Shown: positions 23,249 through 33,880 of the stretch, one piece after another
Layout: each line of letters begins with the position of its first letter
Numbering within the stretch: position 1 is the first letter of the stretch
Source of the DNA: Trypethelium eluteriae
Lineage: Eukaryota
Assembly: GCA_051942245.1 (NCBI GenBank)
Contig: JAVECL010000239.1
Coordinates: forward strand, 1 to 33,880
DNA length: 33,880 bases
Direction of reading: 5' to 3'
Position numbers and translations under genes: made by a program
The notes under the pieces: model-generated
What the model saw: the letters and a program-made list of their open reading frames with translations, nothing else
What the model was told of the DNA's origin: nothing
The model's database searches: none

Positions 23249-24604
23249 TTATCGCTGAAACACCTTTTGGAGAGCCTCCTGGAATATTGAGACATTGTAA
23301 TCAACTAAGGCTTTCTTCTCAGTTGGACTGTCCTCGCTCATAATGCAGATCAGAGCAAGGTACCTTAAAAGGTTTCAAATCAGCCACCGATCTTTTAGCA
23401 ATGAAAGCTTGTACTCACTTATTGATCTCCCGCAGATAAAGGTAATTACTCCCCTTCTTTTCCATGGTGATCAAGCTCTCCGCGTCATCGTTACCGCTGT
23501 CCCCTGAGACGTCTTGTGCAGAACTATCTCCTGTCTTTTGAGCATCAGGGTTAGATCTGTCCCATCCATATATCTCACTGATGTCTACTATGACATCAAT
23601 GTAATCAGAGCATATCTCATAGCTGCCGATGTCAGTCGGACTAGTGTCCGTAGCAATGTAGATTTTGCTTAGAACATCGAATAGGTACGCTTTTTCGATC
23701 CGACACGTACTGCACAGCGAGTTGAGCAGCGACTCCAGGGTTGGTAGTTGTGGAATCAGTTTTTGTATCACTTTACTGAAGGCTTCGAAGATGGAATGAT
23801 CGTAGATACTGGTCTGGTAAAAGCTCACGGGCGCATTCTCATACCCATTGTCCGAGAGTTCATCTTGGACTCGCTGGATAATGTCGCGAAAGGTGTCGCT
23901 CTTGTAATCTTCGCTCAGTCCGTCAACCTTATGGACAAAGACTTCCACGTTAATACTTGGATAATGCTGTTGCAGGTTCAGGATTGTGGTGTTAAGTCGG
24001 TTGATAGCATCGAGATATTCGTCTTGTGCGTCAATGACCCAGACCAGAGCACCGATTTCTCCGAAGATATTATCAACGTCGAAAGCCGGGTCAAAATAGT
24101 CCAAATGACCGGGGAAGTCCCAAACTTGAAAGTCCATAAAGGAACTGAAGGATGGAAATGAGTCAGCATGCAAGAACCATATAGGTGATATAGTTCGGGC
24201 CCGTTTGCTCTGCTCTCGGCATCTTGAACAACGTCTATGCTGGGGGCACTTACTGCATTTGATCCTTCGTTATTCGAGTTGTCGTCTCCAGGTATAATGT
24301 CTCGCTTGGTGGCATCTTGTGGAAAACGACACTGGATATTGAAGACTTGCCACTCCTGTAAACCTGATCAATATATAGTAACGTATCTTCGGTGGCACGA
24401 ACGTGCACATTACCTTCTCTGCCCCATCAGTAGTAACCTAGGTTTACCATCGCCTTGCTTGCTATTTGGTAACCGCCCTGTATGCCACTTAGGTTGTATA
24501 GGATTCGCCGGTGTGTCAGCGTCCTGCAGATCAGAGAGATATCGTGTAAGCATCAAGTGTGCAGCAGAAGGAACATCAGGTGGGTCAGGCCTTTCGCCCT
24601 CCAT
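23249..24604 (-). CDS. GTR2: Rag GTPase Gtr2 (RagC/D), ~377 aa, 4 exons; 5' end uncertain
   Basis: Exons 24604-24414, 24355-24254, 24144-23419 and 23363-23249, with introns 24356-24413, 24145-24253 and 23364-23418. Motifs [76 protein letters not shown] and LVDYN. Confidence 0.93.
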
Positions 24605-26530
24605 CGCGTCTTGGTTGATTCTGAAACTGCAATTAAGAGGTAAGAAGATGTCACTTATGCATTTGCATTGCGTGTCAAAGTAGTAAGATTTGAGTGGAGA
24701 AAGTCAAATTTGAGGCTCCAAGATTCAAGCAAGCTAGAAAGACAAGCTTTCATCAATGCAGCATAGTGACATGAGCGAGTGCTGGAAAGAAGAGGGCGGT
24801 CTTGGGGGCGACAATAGAATTCGCGAGTGACTTTGCAGAACACGCGCTCTCCATCTTTAAATCACCACTTCGCCACCCGTAAAGACTCCACTATTTCACG
24901 TGTCTCAATAACACTCGGAAAGTGCAGTGAGTTGATAGGATATGATAGCAGCCAGCGCACACACGGAAGATGGATAACAAACACTGAGGCAGGGGAATAG
25001 CGCAGAGCTTGGAGCAAGAGTAAGAAGATGGCGGGGATACTGACCGGAATTGATGACAAGTGATTCCCAGAGTTCTACAAACGAAGCAGTTCTAGTAATA
25101 ACTCATACACAAGAGAAAGTAAGGTAGACTATGTCTCTTTCCAGAATCATACCGCAAGATGCTAGTACGAGGCGATTCTTTTCGGATTGAGGCATTGCAA
25201 GCTACTCTCGACCAGCAATTGTCAAAATATCCCAAATTTAAAGCTGACAGATCGCGTCCAACGCAGTAATTCAATTTCGCGTATCGAGCCCAAGGACGGC
25301 AGGGCTGAGAGTGCGACAGAGGCGAGCTCAAAAATACCCAATCGGCTGATATGCTAAACTCCGCGGACGGGCAAGCAAGACGTTCCGCAAGCGGGAGAAA
25401 TGCAGGCTCGTCCAGATAACGGAGAGGTAGCACCAATTGTGGTGGAGCAGCAGGGTGAAGATACAAAGAAAAGAAACCAAGGCTTACCTGGTCCATCGTT
25501 TTAAATGGGCCGTTCGGGCTGGAATGAGGCCCATTAACCCCTTGCTAGGGCCCGCAAATAGCCTTTTGGATCTGATAGTTGGCGGCAGTATTGATTATCC
25601 TGACGTAGAAGCTTGGTTTGGGGACACTGCGTGTGCCAGAGAGCCGTAGAGAGGTGCCTTGCTGGAGTCTGTCGCAAGTAGCTTAAGGATGCCGTAGCTC
25701 CGCCTTGGGCACAGAGGCGCGTGGGTGCAAGGGTGTTCCAGGGAGATGCGGACGGCCCGACCTCAAGCTCGGATAGTGTTTGGGTGGAGGATAGAAGGTG
25801 ATTGACGGTGCCCAAGGATCGTGTGATGGCTTAAGGAAGTGGTCTGTGAGTGGCAAGGTGTTGAGGTTGAAGGCAGCGTATCGGATCGTTTCAGAATACA
25901 AACGTTTGCTAGTGTAGCCTGAGAACGGTCAAACTCCACCACAAAATCTCAAGGCGAGCTAGAAGGATGACAGCCAGCGGTGAAGTAAACATTGCAAGTT
26001 CTCTCTCGACGGCTCCACCGCTATCTGTGCTTTAGAGTCATTGACCGCCAGAAGACAATCTGCCGAGCCATCACGGACCATGGGCCTTGCTCTCGGCCTC
26101 CTAGAGATTCGCGAATGCTGGATGTACTTGCAGATCAAGTGCACGATGTCGGCAATCTTTGTGTCGCCGTCGCGTACAGGTCGATGATACCAAGAAGAGA
26201 TTTGTAGTCTGCGGGTACCGACTGTTGAACCTTACCAAGTTGCCTGCGTTGCCAATCTCGTACGAGGTGACCTCCGACAAGCCACATTTACAAGGTTTGC
26301 GGACGCTCTAATCTGTACCTGCAGCCCTACAAGGGAAATCATACGATACCGTAAGCTAGCAGACGGACCGAAAATACACCAAACATCTTCAATCGGCAAA
26401 AGTATCCTTGATTTCCCACACACCGGCACACGACGAAGTGGTATCACAAAAGCCAATTAGAATCCGCGCCAACATGATCCATCCAATGCCAAATAAAGAA
26501 CGCGATGGTACGAAATGATGAGAAGCAGGC

Positions 26531-28576
26531 TCAAGCCATGGCAACCTCCGAGCCGAGAGCGCTTGCAGTCGCTACTCCAAGTCCTCCCAAAGTCCACAGC
26601 CCCCATGCCAATGCCCCTGCCTCAGCTTCGGTCTCTCCATGCTCTCCCTCATGCTCCAAATTTGCCAGCTCTGCCGCCGTAAAGCGATCTGGGACATAGT
26701 CCTCGTCCTCGGCATCATCCTCCTCATGTGCCTGAGCGTCTGTCTTTCCCACTCTGCGTCTCCCCGTTGAAGCCGAAGCCGCTTCACCTACCTTCTGGGC
26801 TGCTTTTGATGCTGCCTTGGTAACATTTGAGGAACTGTCTTCAGTCCTCTTCGGTCGTCCTCGAGCCTTTTTGGTAGGCGAAACTTGACCATTGTCGCCG
26901 TCCTCTTTCTTAGCCAGCCGATCGAATGACACGTGCTTCAAGCTAAGGTCTTTTGCCGGGCCATTGGCGCCAGCCTGGTGCCACGGCCAGATTCCGCATT
27001 CGATCATGCCATCAACATCCACTCCGCGGACGATGCACCATACGCCCAAACTTACAGCGCTGAGCAAGACATCCCAGCCTATTGCGTTGACGGCGGGATG
27101 ATCACCCAAGGCACCTAGCACGCGAGTGACTGCTGTTTCAGCTCTTTGGAGGCGGCTTGGATCGGGTTGAGAGGTATGGAGGCGTAACGGCCAAGAGAAG
27201 ATGCTGCGATGATGGTGCTGGAGGCCAGGAGTATTGTCGAGGATCGCAGTGCCAGTGAACCATGCATGAGTAGCGAGAGCAAAGACCGAAATCGTAGTAA
27301 ACACAGTCGCGTAAGATCGGTGCGCGAGATGAACGTTTTTGTGAGATGTTTCGAGTCTTCTTGGGAGAATCTGGTCCCGCCGTCAGCTTTCTCGAAAATG
27401 ATCCTGACTGTTTATTGGTCGAGGCTTACATCAGGAAGAGTGCCCAAGATTGTAGGAATAGCAACCAAGCCTCCAAAGAGCGGTCCAACGAACAACTCAG
27501 TGCCATGCCGAAGAGGTAGATCTGCGACGCAAAAGAATCCTAAAAGCGCGCACGTGATGTATAGCGACTGGTTCGGCGTGCGTAACGCTGTTCCTCAGGT
27601 TAGCTGGTACTTTAAGAGAGTTTAGGTCGTCTCATATTTATCCCTCTGTTGACAAATTTCGCTGTAGCTTAAAGTCGCTTGCATGAATTAAGGGTGCTCG
27701 AAACTCAAGACCAAAAGTTTGTGAGAGCAACAGAAGATAGACATGGCGTACAACTCGCTCGCACGAGCATTCTATGGATAGTCGGTCTGGACAATTGGGA
27801 AACACGCGCGACATGAAAGGGGGAGATTTACTCATGAGGATTGATGATATTGTCTCGCAAAAGATCAATTACAGAAAATCTTGGTACCTACCATCCTTAG
27901 ATGTAACTGGGATAGATTTGAGAAGCATCGTGATATAAAATAGGTTCTGGGCGACACTGAGTGATACGAACTGCGCCACTAAGAGAAATGCCAGCTTCGT
28001 TAGTGTTGGGAGTTGTCGTCGATGGCCTATATGGGGTTGTTAGTGTTTCCGTCTCATTCAGATTTCTGCCAGGCGTCTCCTACCTTCGATACCAACGAAA
28101 GTGCTCCAAGCAATGAGACCTGCAAAATACTGTTGTCCCCACCAGAATCTTCTACTTCCTTCGGCAATGAGTTTATAGAACTGCAGAGGGACACTCTGGC
28201 TTGCGAACCAGTGGCCTAACTGAGGGATATCTTCCAAATTTGCAGGCACGTAAGAGCGCCCTGGTAAACTGTTGGGTATTTCCTGTCTGCTGCCATGATG
28301 ATTGACCCAAAATTCATACGACAACATATATCGCATGACAGTATAGTAAAGAACCAAGGTGAAGCTCGTCACTGCTAGTGCTGCAAACAAAATGACTTGT
28401 CTGCGGCGCTGACTTTCATGTCGGCGCGTGTTTGACAGCGGCGACAAACTTGTCGAGGATCGCCAGATATCCGAGCAGATGAAAGCGAGCAGCGAGAGAG
28501 AGCTGATACTTGCTACAGAGAAATACGCGATTGGGATCAGATTGTTGTTTTCTCCGTCAAATGGAACAGGCGCCAT
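26531..28576 (-). CDS. Multipass integral membrane protein of unknown function with an AT-hook-like motif, ~541 aa, 4 exons
   Basis: Exons 28576-28084, 28026-27892, 27587-27430 and 27370-26531. Introns 28027-28083, 27588-27891 (304 nt, least certain) and 27371-27429 join them in frame. Several hydrophobic segments, and a late hydrophilic loop with SPTKKARGRPKR. Confidence 0.75.
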
Positions 28577-29346
28577 GAAGCAAACATCGGACGAAAATCC
28601 TATGGAACCTTCTTATTTTTTCGAAATGCCAAAAGATTCATTCGAGATATAGATAATGCCCGGGTTGTGATAAGATGCTGCGCGTCCAGATGGGTTTGTT
28701 GTTTTCCAGTTACGCGATCTGCCAAGAATGCGCATGCTCAACCTCTCTGACATCATCTCTCCTAGGTCCCCTCAGCCTTGGCGACAAATCAGGGGTCCTT
28801 TCCATTCCAGTCTTTGTCACTGAAATCGACACTCAGCTACCACACCCACCTCAGTCTCAGGTACTTGAACCGTTCGAACGGACCGGAGCGCAATTTTCGG
28901 AAACCATACAGGTATTCTAATATTGGAAACCTGTTGGAAATCGTCTAATGCGACTGCAATACGTGTGTTAGACTAGAACTAGGGATGCTCGAGACTTCCA
29001 GCTATGATTTATGGGAGGCACACGTCTTGGTTAGAAGACAATATTTCTTTTGGCAATGCATCTCAGTCACGGTCTAATCTTCAATCCTCTTAATCGGTCA
29101 GATCCCCGCTATATGCTGGCTCATATTTGTGGCTCTTTTCCTTTCTGTCACTGTCATCAGCATCTTGGTGCCTCCTTATGATGAACCTACGCCACAGCAT
29201 CAGAATCTGCAGCGTCAGCACCAGATTTCCCACCAGAGATCATCGATTGCTAACTCGATGCCATCGGGGTATGACGGACAGTAGTAAGCTTTCGAGATCA
29301 GAAAGTACCAGCAGTGGCTCTCTGATGCATTTGATCGGGCATTGGA

Positions 29347-29838
29347 TTAGCTAGGCTCTAGCGAGCCTATTACCGAGATCGAATTTATGGAAGATAGCTG
29401 GTGAAATCCATCCCCGCCAATCACCCAGGCTATCCTTAAGTATGCCTTGGATGTAAAGCATATCGCGACCCGGATGCTGAATTTCACCGGAGTTTCACCA
29501 TCACTGCCTCCGGAATCTGAGACAATGGGCAGTTACGTTGGCAAGTCTAAGATGAATATTAATGACAATAACGGTAGGTCAGATCGTGGCTTTAATGCTA
29601 TCAATGATTTGATGGCCTGCTGTTTTGATGTCAACTCTATTTCCGCAGTGTTCCGCATCAAGAAATCCATTGTTAAGAACCTTGGTCTTAATGGCAACAC
29701 CTCCAGGGCTTACTATAAGAGCGCTTCCACGATAGTCATCCCTCAGTCCACAGATCTGATGTCACCGCTGTCCTCAACGTCTACTTCCAGCATCTTAGCA
29801 ATGTCATAGAAATCCAGGTCCAACCCGCATTGCCTCGC
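29347..29838 (-). pseudogene. Possible degenerate coding remnant
   Basis: One frame reads DLDFYDIAKMLEVDVEDSGDIRSVD*GMTIVEALL**ALEVLPLRPRFLTMDFLMRNTAEIELTSKQQAIKSLIALK.. over about 160 codons with four internal stops. The overlapping + ORF has the Ser/Thr-rich look of an antisense shadow. No family recognised. Confidence 0.25.
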
Positions 29839-31086
29839 TCATTCTCTCTCAGAACAGCAAATGTCAGCGCTCCGAGGAAGATAAGAGGCAGCATTGAGGC
29901 TGACGGGACAATATTGGAGAAACTTTAAGCAGGCCCTAATTGCTAAGGACCGCCTTGGGAGGGCTCTTGTCGACCGGAAGCCATTTCCCTGAGACAGGAA
30001 GCGGAGGAAGTAGTATCAATCTGCATTTTATGGCTACTCAAATTGCCTTCTCACTGCATCCAAGATTCCATTTTTGACATGCCTGCCAAGAATCGTTCCT
30101 ACGTAGACCTATATAGAACGATGAGACCGCCGCTGCTTCCCCCTGAGGTCTATTCTTGCCTATGGCAGCATTGAGCATTGCGACTTAAACAAGCTTCATG
30201 AAGTGAGAATAAATTTTTGCCTTTTGGACCTTTTTACACGTTTGACCGTTCATAACTCATCACAGATTCATGATACTCTGGGCAAACATTCGAATTACAC
30301 TTGGTGCCTAAACCATAAGAAGCTTGTCTTGGTCGCTGACAAACTCTAGAAGGCAACTGCATCGGAAAGGATTACGTACTTGGGAGGACACGTGAATGGT
30401 CTGGATCGTCATCGCCCGTCGAGCAAGCCACTCATGCCTACTTGACTGACTGCATAATGCTAGACTCTGCTTAACACATACCTTAGGTACTTACTTAGTT
30501 CAAATCCGGATTTCCGGTGATCGGGAGTCACATTAGAGCATTGCATATTGCATGGGCAATGGTGTGAGACGATTTAGGATTAAAGTTCTACATTGACTCC
30601 GATGGTAGTGCGCCTCGGTATGCTGCGAGGATTTAACATTAGAAGTCTGTACTGAGTACTCTGTACTCAATCTAGAACAGTCTCGGCCGAACAATATTAA
30701 ATTTTGTGAAGCATGCAGCATGTTGTCTCATTTCAACCCATTTTTAATACTGTAACATGGGGAGTCCACCATGAGAAGCTTAAACCCCTCTTGTCTAAGC
30801 GCATTTGGTCATCTGGTTGAACCAAGAATTGTCGACGTAATGTCGCCGTGCCGCACCTAGCGGAGGTATTCAGCTGGACTTTGTACCAGGTTCCGTTCGT
30901 ATTCCAACAATGCACCAACGCCATGGTTGATCCCAAAATCATCTTGGAAATTTGGTGGATTTCGGGTGACGCTTGCAAAATTCTCATCCATCATTTTAAT
31001 TATCATCCCGGAAAACATAGCATAGCCGAATATCGTGATGAAGCGATCGTGAAACGTCGTATATGGATATCATTGTAGAGTAGACA

Positions 31087-31127
31087 GAAATCGAAAATAG
31101 AAAATCGAAAGGCGAAAGGCGAAAGTC
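31087..31127 (+). repeat. Degenerate ~7-bp tandem repeat (GAAA-NNN, 6 units) in the presumed 3' UTR of the 80-aa ORF
   Basis: gaaatc gaaaata gaaaatc gaaaggc gaaaggc gaaagtc. Confidence 0.55.
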
Positions 31128-31155
31128 GATATTCATGACTTTCGTACAGGAATTG

Positions 31156-31398
31156 TCAGGCAAGAAGGGTAAGGGTCCGCTTGATTGAGGGCTTCGATTT
31201 CTTCTTTGGCTTCACGGCAACGGGCTCGGCCCACTGTATGCTCGGCCGTCGCTGCGTATTTTCCCCGCGTTCAGAGGATTCGGATGAGGTCGAGCTGGAG
31301 CGTGGAGTATGTGGTGTATCCATATCAGAAGGCGAAGATGTGGGTGAGACGACGACTTTTGGTATGGAGATGGCTTTTGAGTTCGCCATTTTTGTCAT
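31156..31398 (-). CDS. Small disordered Ser/Pro-rich basic protein, 80 aa (or 77 aa from the second ATG)
   Basis: Isolated ORF with protein-like composition, a CT-rich leader, good ATG contexts (GTCATG, AAAATGG) and a TATATA-like element near 31558-31563. Confidence 0.6.
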   Translation of the reverse strand: MTKMANSKAISIPKVVVSPTSSPSDMDTPHTPRSSSTSSESSERGENTQRRPSIQWAEPVAVKPKKKSKPSIKRTLTLLA

Positions 31399-32455
31399 GA
31401 CTGTAGGAACTGGAGAGGCAAAAGAAGCAGACAGATGAATATTAAGCTTGCGAGAAAAGTCGTATGACTGGGATATAGGTCTTATGATTCAGAGAAGTTC
31501 AGATGCTCGCGTGATGTAGGAATGGGCGAGATCAGGCGGCGGTTCCGTAGATCAATAATATATAGAGTTCACTTACAACACTGGCTGACTCTTCTCATGC
31601 CAAGCAAGCATCCTTACAACGTTTCTGAAACGCCACGTCCAGCCGACGGGGTGACGGGTTCCCAGCAATGAGGGGTATTGGCCGGCTGTGATGTTGGAAA
31701 TGAGGGGTCCAAAGGAGTGGCTATGCTGATCATGCAAGCCATAGAAGAGTGTCGAAACACTGGCTCCAATGGCCGGTAGAGAATTCCAGGCCCCATGCCA
31801 ACGGTGTCCCCGGCTGTAATTTAAGTTTTTCGCGGTTTCCCAGCAGACTAAGCGACATAGAGGCTAGAGAATGACTAACTTACGAGACGATCTCCGGAGG
31901 CGCCCGACGACTCTCCCCTTTCAGACTCATTGTGACGCACTCCATTGACTAAGCCGAAAAGCACTGCCTCTATGCAAAATGTGGTTGGACGTGCTGCGCA
32001 AAAACAGGTTTATACCACCCAAAGGAGTTTAAAGTAGGGTCTCCATTTGTAAACAATATGTCATCGACAGGTGAACTTGCGCAATGACAGTGCAACTGCC
32101 TATCGACGAATCTTGCTATGCTGCTCTCAATTCCTTCTGCGAAATCCAGACGCTTGTTTATTACACGCAAGTTTAATGCCAGGAGCCTCCGTACAGTATT
32201 TGAGATTCTAGTCAGAAAGACGAAATCATCAGCCTTTGTTTACGACTAGGTGACTGTGTAGATCTTGCCAGCATCTCTCAGCCCGCTCAGCCTCTCCGAC
32301 GCGCTCCGTCTGCTTCAGCCATAGCGTTCTCGTTTCCGGGCCGTCAGCATCCGCTTCCGCTTCATAGATAAACCAGTGATATATCACATCTACTGCCTGA
32401 ACAGATTCTCCAGGCCAAGAGCGCAGCCTTCCCATTTACCACACAACCACACACC

Positions 32456-32788
32456 ATGGCAGCCATTCTCATAGGCACAGGAGCCATCATCGCACACAAG
32501 ATTCGGGAGAAACGCAAAGCCAAAAAGGCAGCACGTCGAGAATATGACGAAGAGTTTGACAATCTCATGGCTGCCAATGCCGCTCGAGTAAGGACTATTT
32601 CTCAATCTTCGAAGGACATGCCCCCAGCCTACGAAGAGATCGTTGGCAATAGCAGCCGACCAAGCCGGCCAACGGCGGACACCCAATACGACATGCAGCA
32701 GCCTTTGCAGTTCCAACGCCAAATTAGCTCAAGCGCAACAACAATGACTTCGGACGATGCGGTCATCAGAAGGGACATGGCGATGTAA
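32456..32788 (+). CDS. Small protein with N-terminal hydrophobic segment, basic cluster and PPAY motif, 110 aa
   Basis: Strong Kozak context CACACCATGG after a C/A-rich leader. The sequence begins MAAILIGTGAIIAHKIREKRKAKK and contains DMPPAYEEIV. Confidence 0.75.
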   Translation: MAAILIGTGAIIAHKIREKRKAKKAARREYDEEFDNLMAANAARVRTISQSSKDMPPAYEEIVGNSSRPSRPTADTQYDMQQPLQFQRQISSSATTMTSDDAVIRRDMAM

Positions 32789-33199
32789 TGAAATGTGTGA
32801 GCACGGAGACGAAAGCCGTGAGAAGAAGGGATGATGATGGTGTCTTTGGCGTATGGGATCTGGCGTTTTCAATCGAACTTCAGGATGGGAAAATGAAAGT
32901 TCCTAAGTGTTCGCGAAGGTCGACAAATGGATTTCGTGCAGACCAAAAATCCCAAGCGGAGCTTTGGACAGCTTGATTGAATGAATGCGTGGAAGGAAAG
33001 TAGATGAACTTACCTCCAGATATGATACCAATTCCAGTTCCTTATGTAGATATCCCCAAACATTCTATGCCGTATGCGCCAGTCAAAGATGATATCTCCA
33101 GTCCATATCCATGGTCATCAACCCCAAACGCTGCGTGTAATCCATAAGATTCTTCTGCCGTTGATCATGCATTCAATAGCACGATCCGACTCTCTCTAA

Positions 33200-33880
33200 T
33201 CACCTCATAACCGGCGGCCTCGCCTCTTTATTCCACTTCACCCGACTACACAACCACTCCACTGCCTCTTGCACCCCGGTCCCCGTGAGCGCACTACACG
33301 GCAAGACCCGACTATCTCTTACACTTCCTCCTTTCTCCCCTTCAATCACCTTCCTAACAAACCCCTCCTTAATCCTCACCACCTCCACACAATCCTCCCG
33401 ATCCTGCTTATTCGCCAACACCAACAACGGCACCCCCTCCGCATCCTCATTCTGCAGCACCTCCTCCAGTACCACCCGACACTCATCCAGCCGCCCCTCA
33501 TCCACCATCGCCGACCCCGCCAGATTCGGCGACACCGGGCTTCGTGGCGCAGCACGCGCGCTGTTCCCATCTACCACTCCGCCCATCGCCCCCACCCCCG
33601 CCCCCGCCACAGCAGCAGAGGAGGCGGAGGCGGAGGCGGAGAAAGATAGTTTCGCGATGTCGCCGTCACCGATATCGGTGCTGTCGACGACGTAGACGAT
33701 CGCGTGCGCGCTCTTGTAGTAGCTCTCCCACAGGCCGCGCAGGCTGTGCTGCCCACCGACGTCCCAGATGCGGAGGTAGGCGTCACCGACGTCGACGGTG
33801 GAGACGTTTTGTCCGACGGTGGGGACGGTCTTGAGGTTTGGGTGGTGCGTTGTGGAGGAGGTGGTGGTAGAGGGAGAGGT
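33200..33880 (-). CDS. ARL3: ARF-related GTPase Arl3/ARFRP1, 5'-truncated by the window edge
   Basis: The frame is open from the window end: LKTVPTVGQNVSTVDV, LRIWDVGGQHSLRGLWESYY, AIVYVVDSTD, GVPLLVLANKQD, PCSALTGTGVQEAVEWL, and the C-terminal RPPVMR typical of fungal Arl3. Confidence 0.93.
   Translation of the reverse strand, partial: TSPSTTTSSTTHHPNLKTVPTVGQNVSTVDVGDAYLRIWDVGGQHSLRGLWESYYKSAHAIVYVVDSTDIGDGDIAKLSFSASASASSAAVAGAGVGAMGGVVDGNSARAAPRSPVSPNLAGSAMVDEGRLDECRVVLEEVLQNEDAEGVPLLVLANKQDREDCVEVVRIKEGFVRKVIEGEKGGSVRDSRVLPCSALTGTGVQEAVEWLCSRVKWNKEARPPVMR

Noticed and set aside
24700..26500. Gap large enough for telomerase RNA or another structured ncRNA
   Set aside because: I found no TAACCCTAA template and no recognisable snRNA, RNase P, SRP or TPP riboswitch motif by eye. 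An Rfam scan is needed to exclude these.
29447..29809. 120-aa + strand ORF
   Set aside because: It has a non-ATG start and the composition of an antisense reading. The minus strand is the better candidate.
33269..33834. His/Pro/Arg-rich + strand ORFs
   Set aside because: They are shadows of the G-rich ARL3 coding strand.
2725..33880. Apparent cluster of trafficking genes (Vps3-like, Coy1, Gtr2, Arl3)
   Set aside because: They are dispersed among unrelated genes and belong to a common functional class, so there is no evidence beyond chance.

Overview
Gene-dense genomic DNA from a filamentous ascomycete (Pezizomycotina-like GT-AG introns of about 50-60 nt with CTRAC/CTAAC branch sites). I reconstruct 14 protein-coding genes. 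Housekeeping genes: Vps3/TGFBRAP1-like, Coy1/CASP golgin, Dus1-type tRNA dihydrouridine synthase, Rps25, a heme/steroid-binding cytochrome-b5-like protein, Gtr2 Rag GTPase and a partial Arl3/ARFRP1. Three consecutive secreted-protein genes lie at 10.7-17.2 kb: DUF3455, a GPI-type protein with nine 15-aa repeats, and a cellobiose dehydrogenase with an unusual C-terminal tail. The rest are an S/T-rich single-pass membrane protein, a multipass membrane protein with an AT-hook, and two small orphan ORFs. I saw no rRNA, tRNA, CRISPR array or intact transposon. The most notable oddities are a Gln-to-His change at the Gtr2 switch-II catalytic position, a divergent Dus1 with a possible mitochondrial presequence, the AT-hook membrane protein, the repeat surface protein and the CDH Cys/His/Arg tail. 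All gene models were made by eye and no database searches were run.
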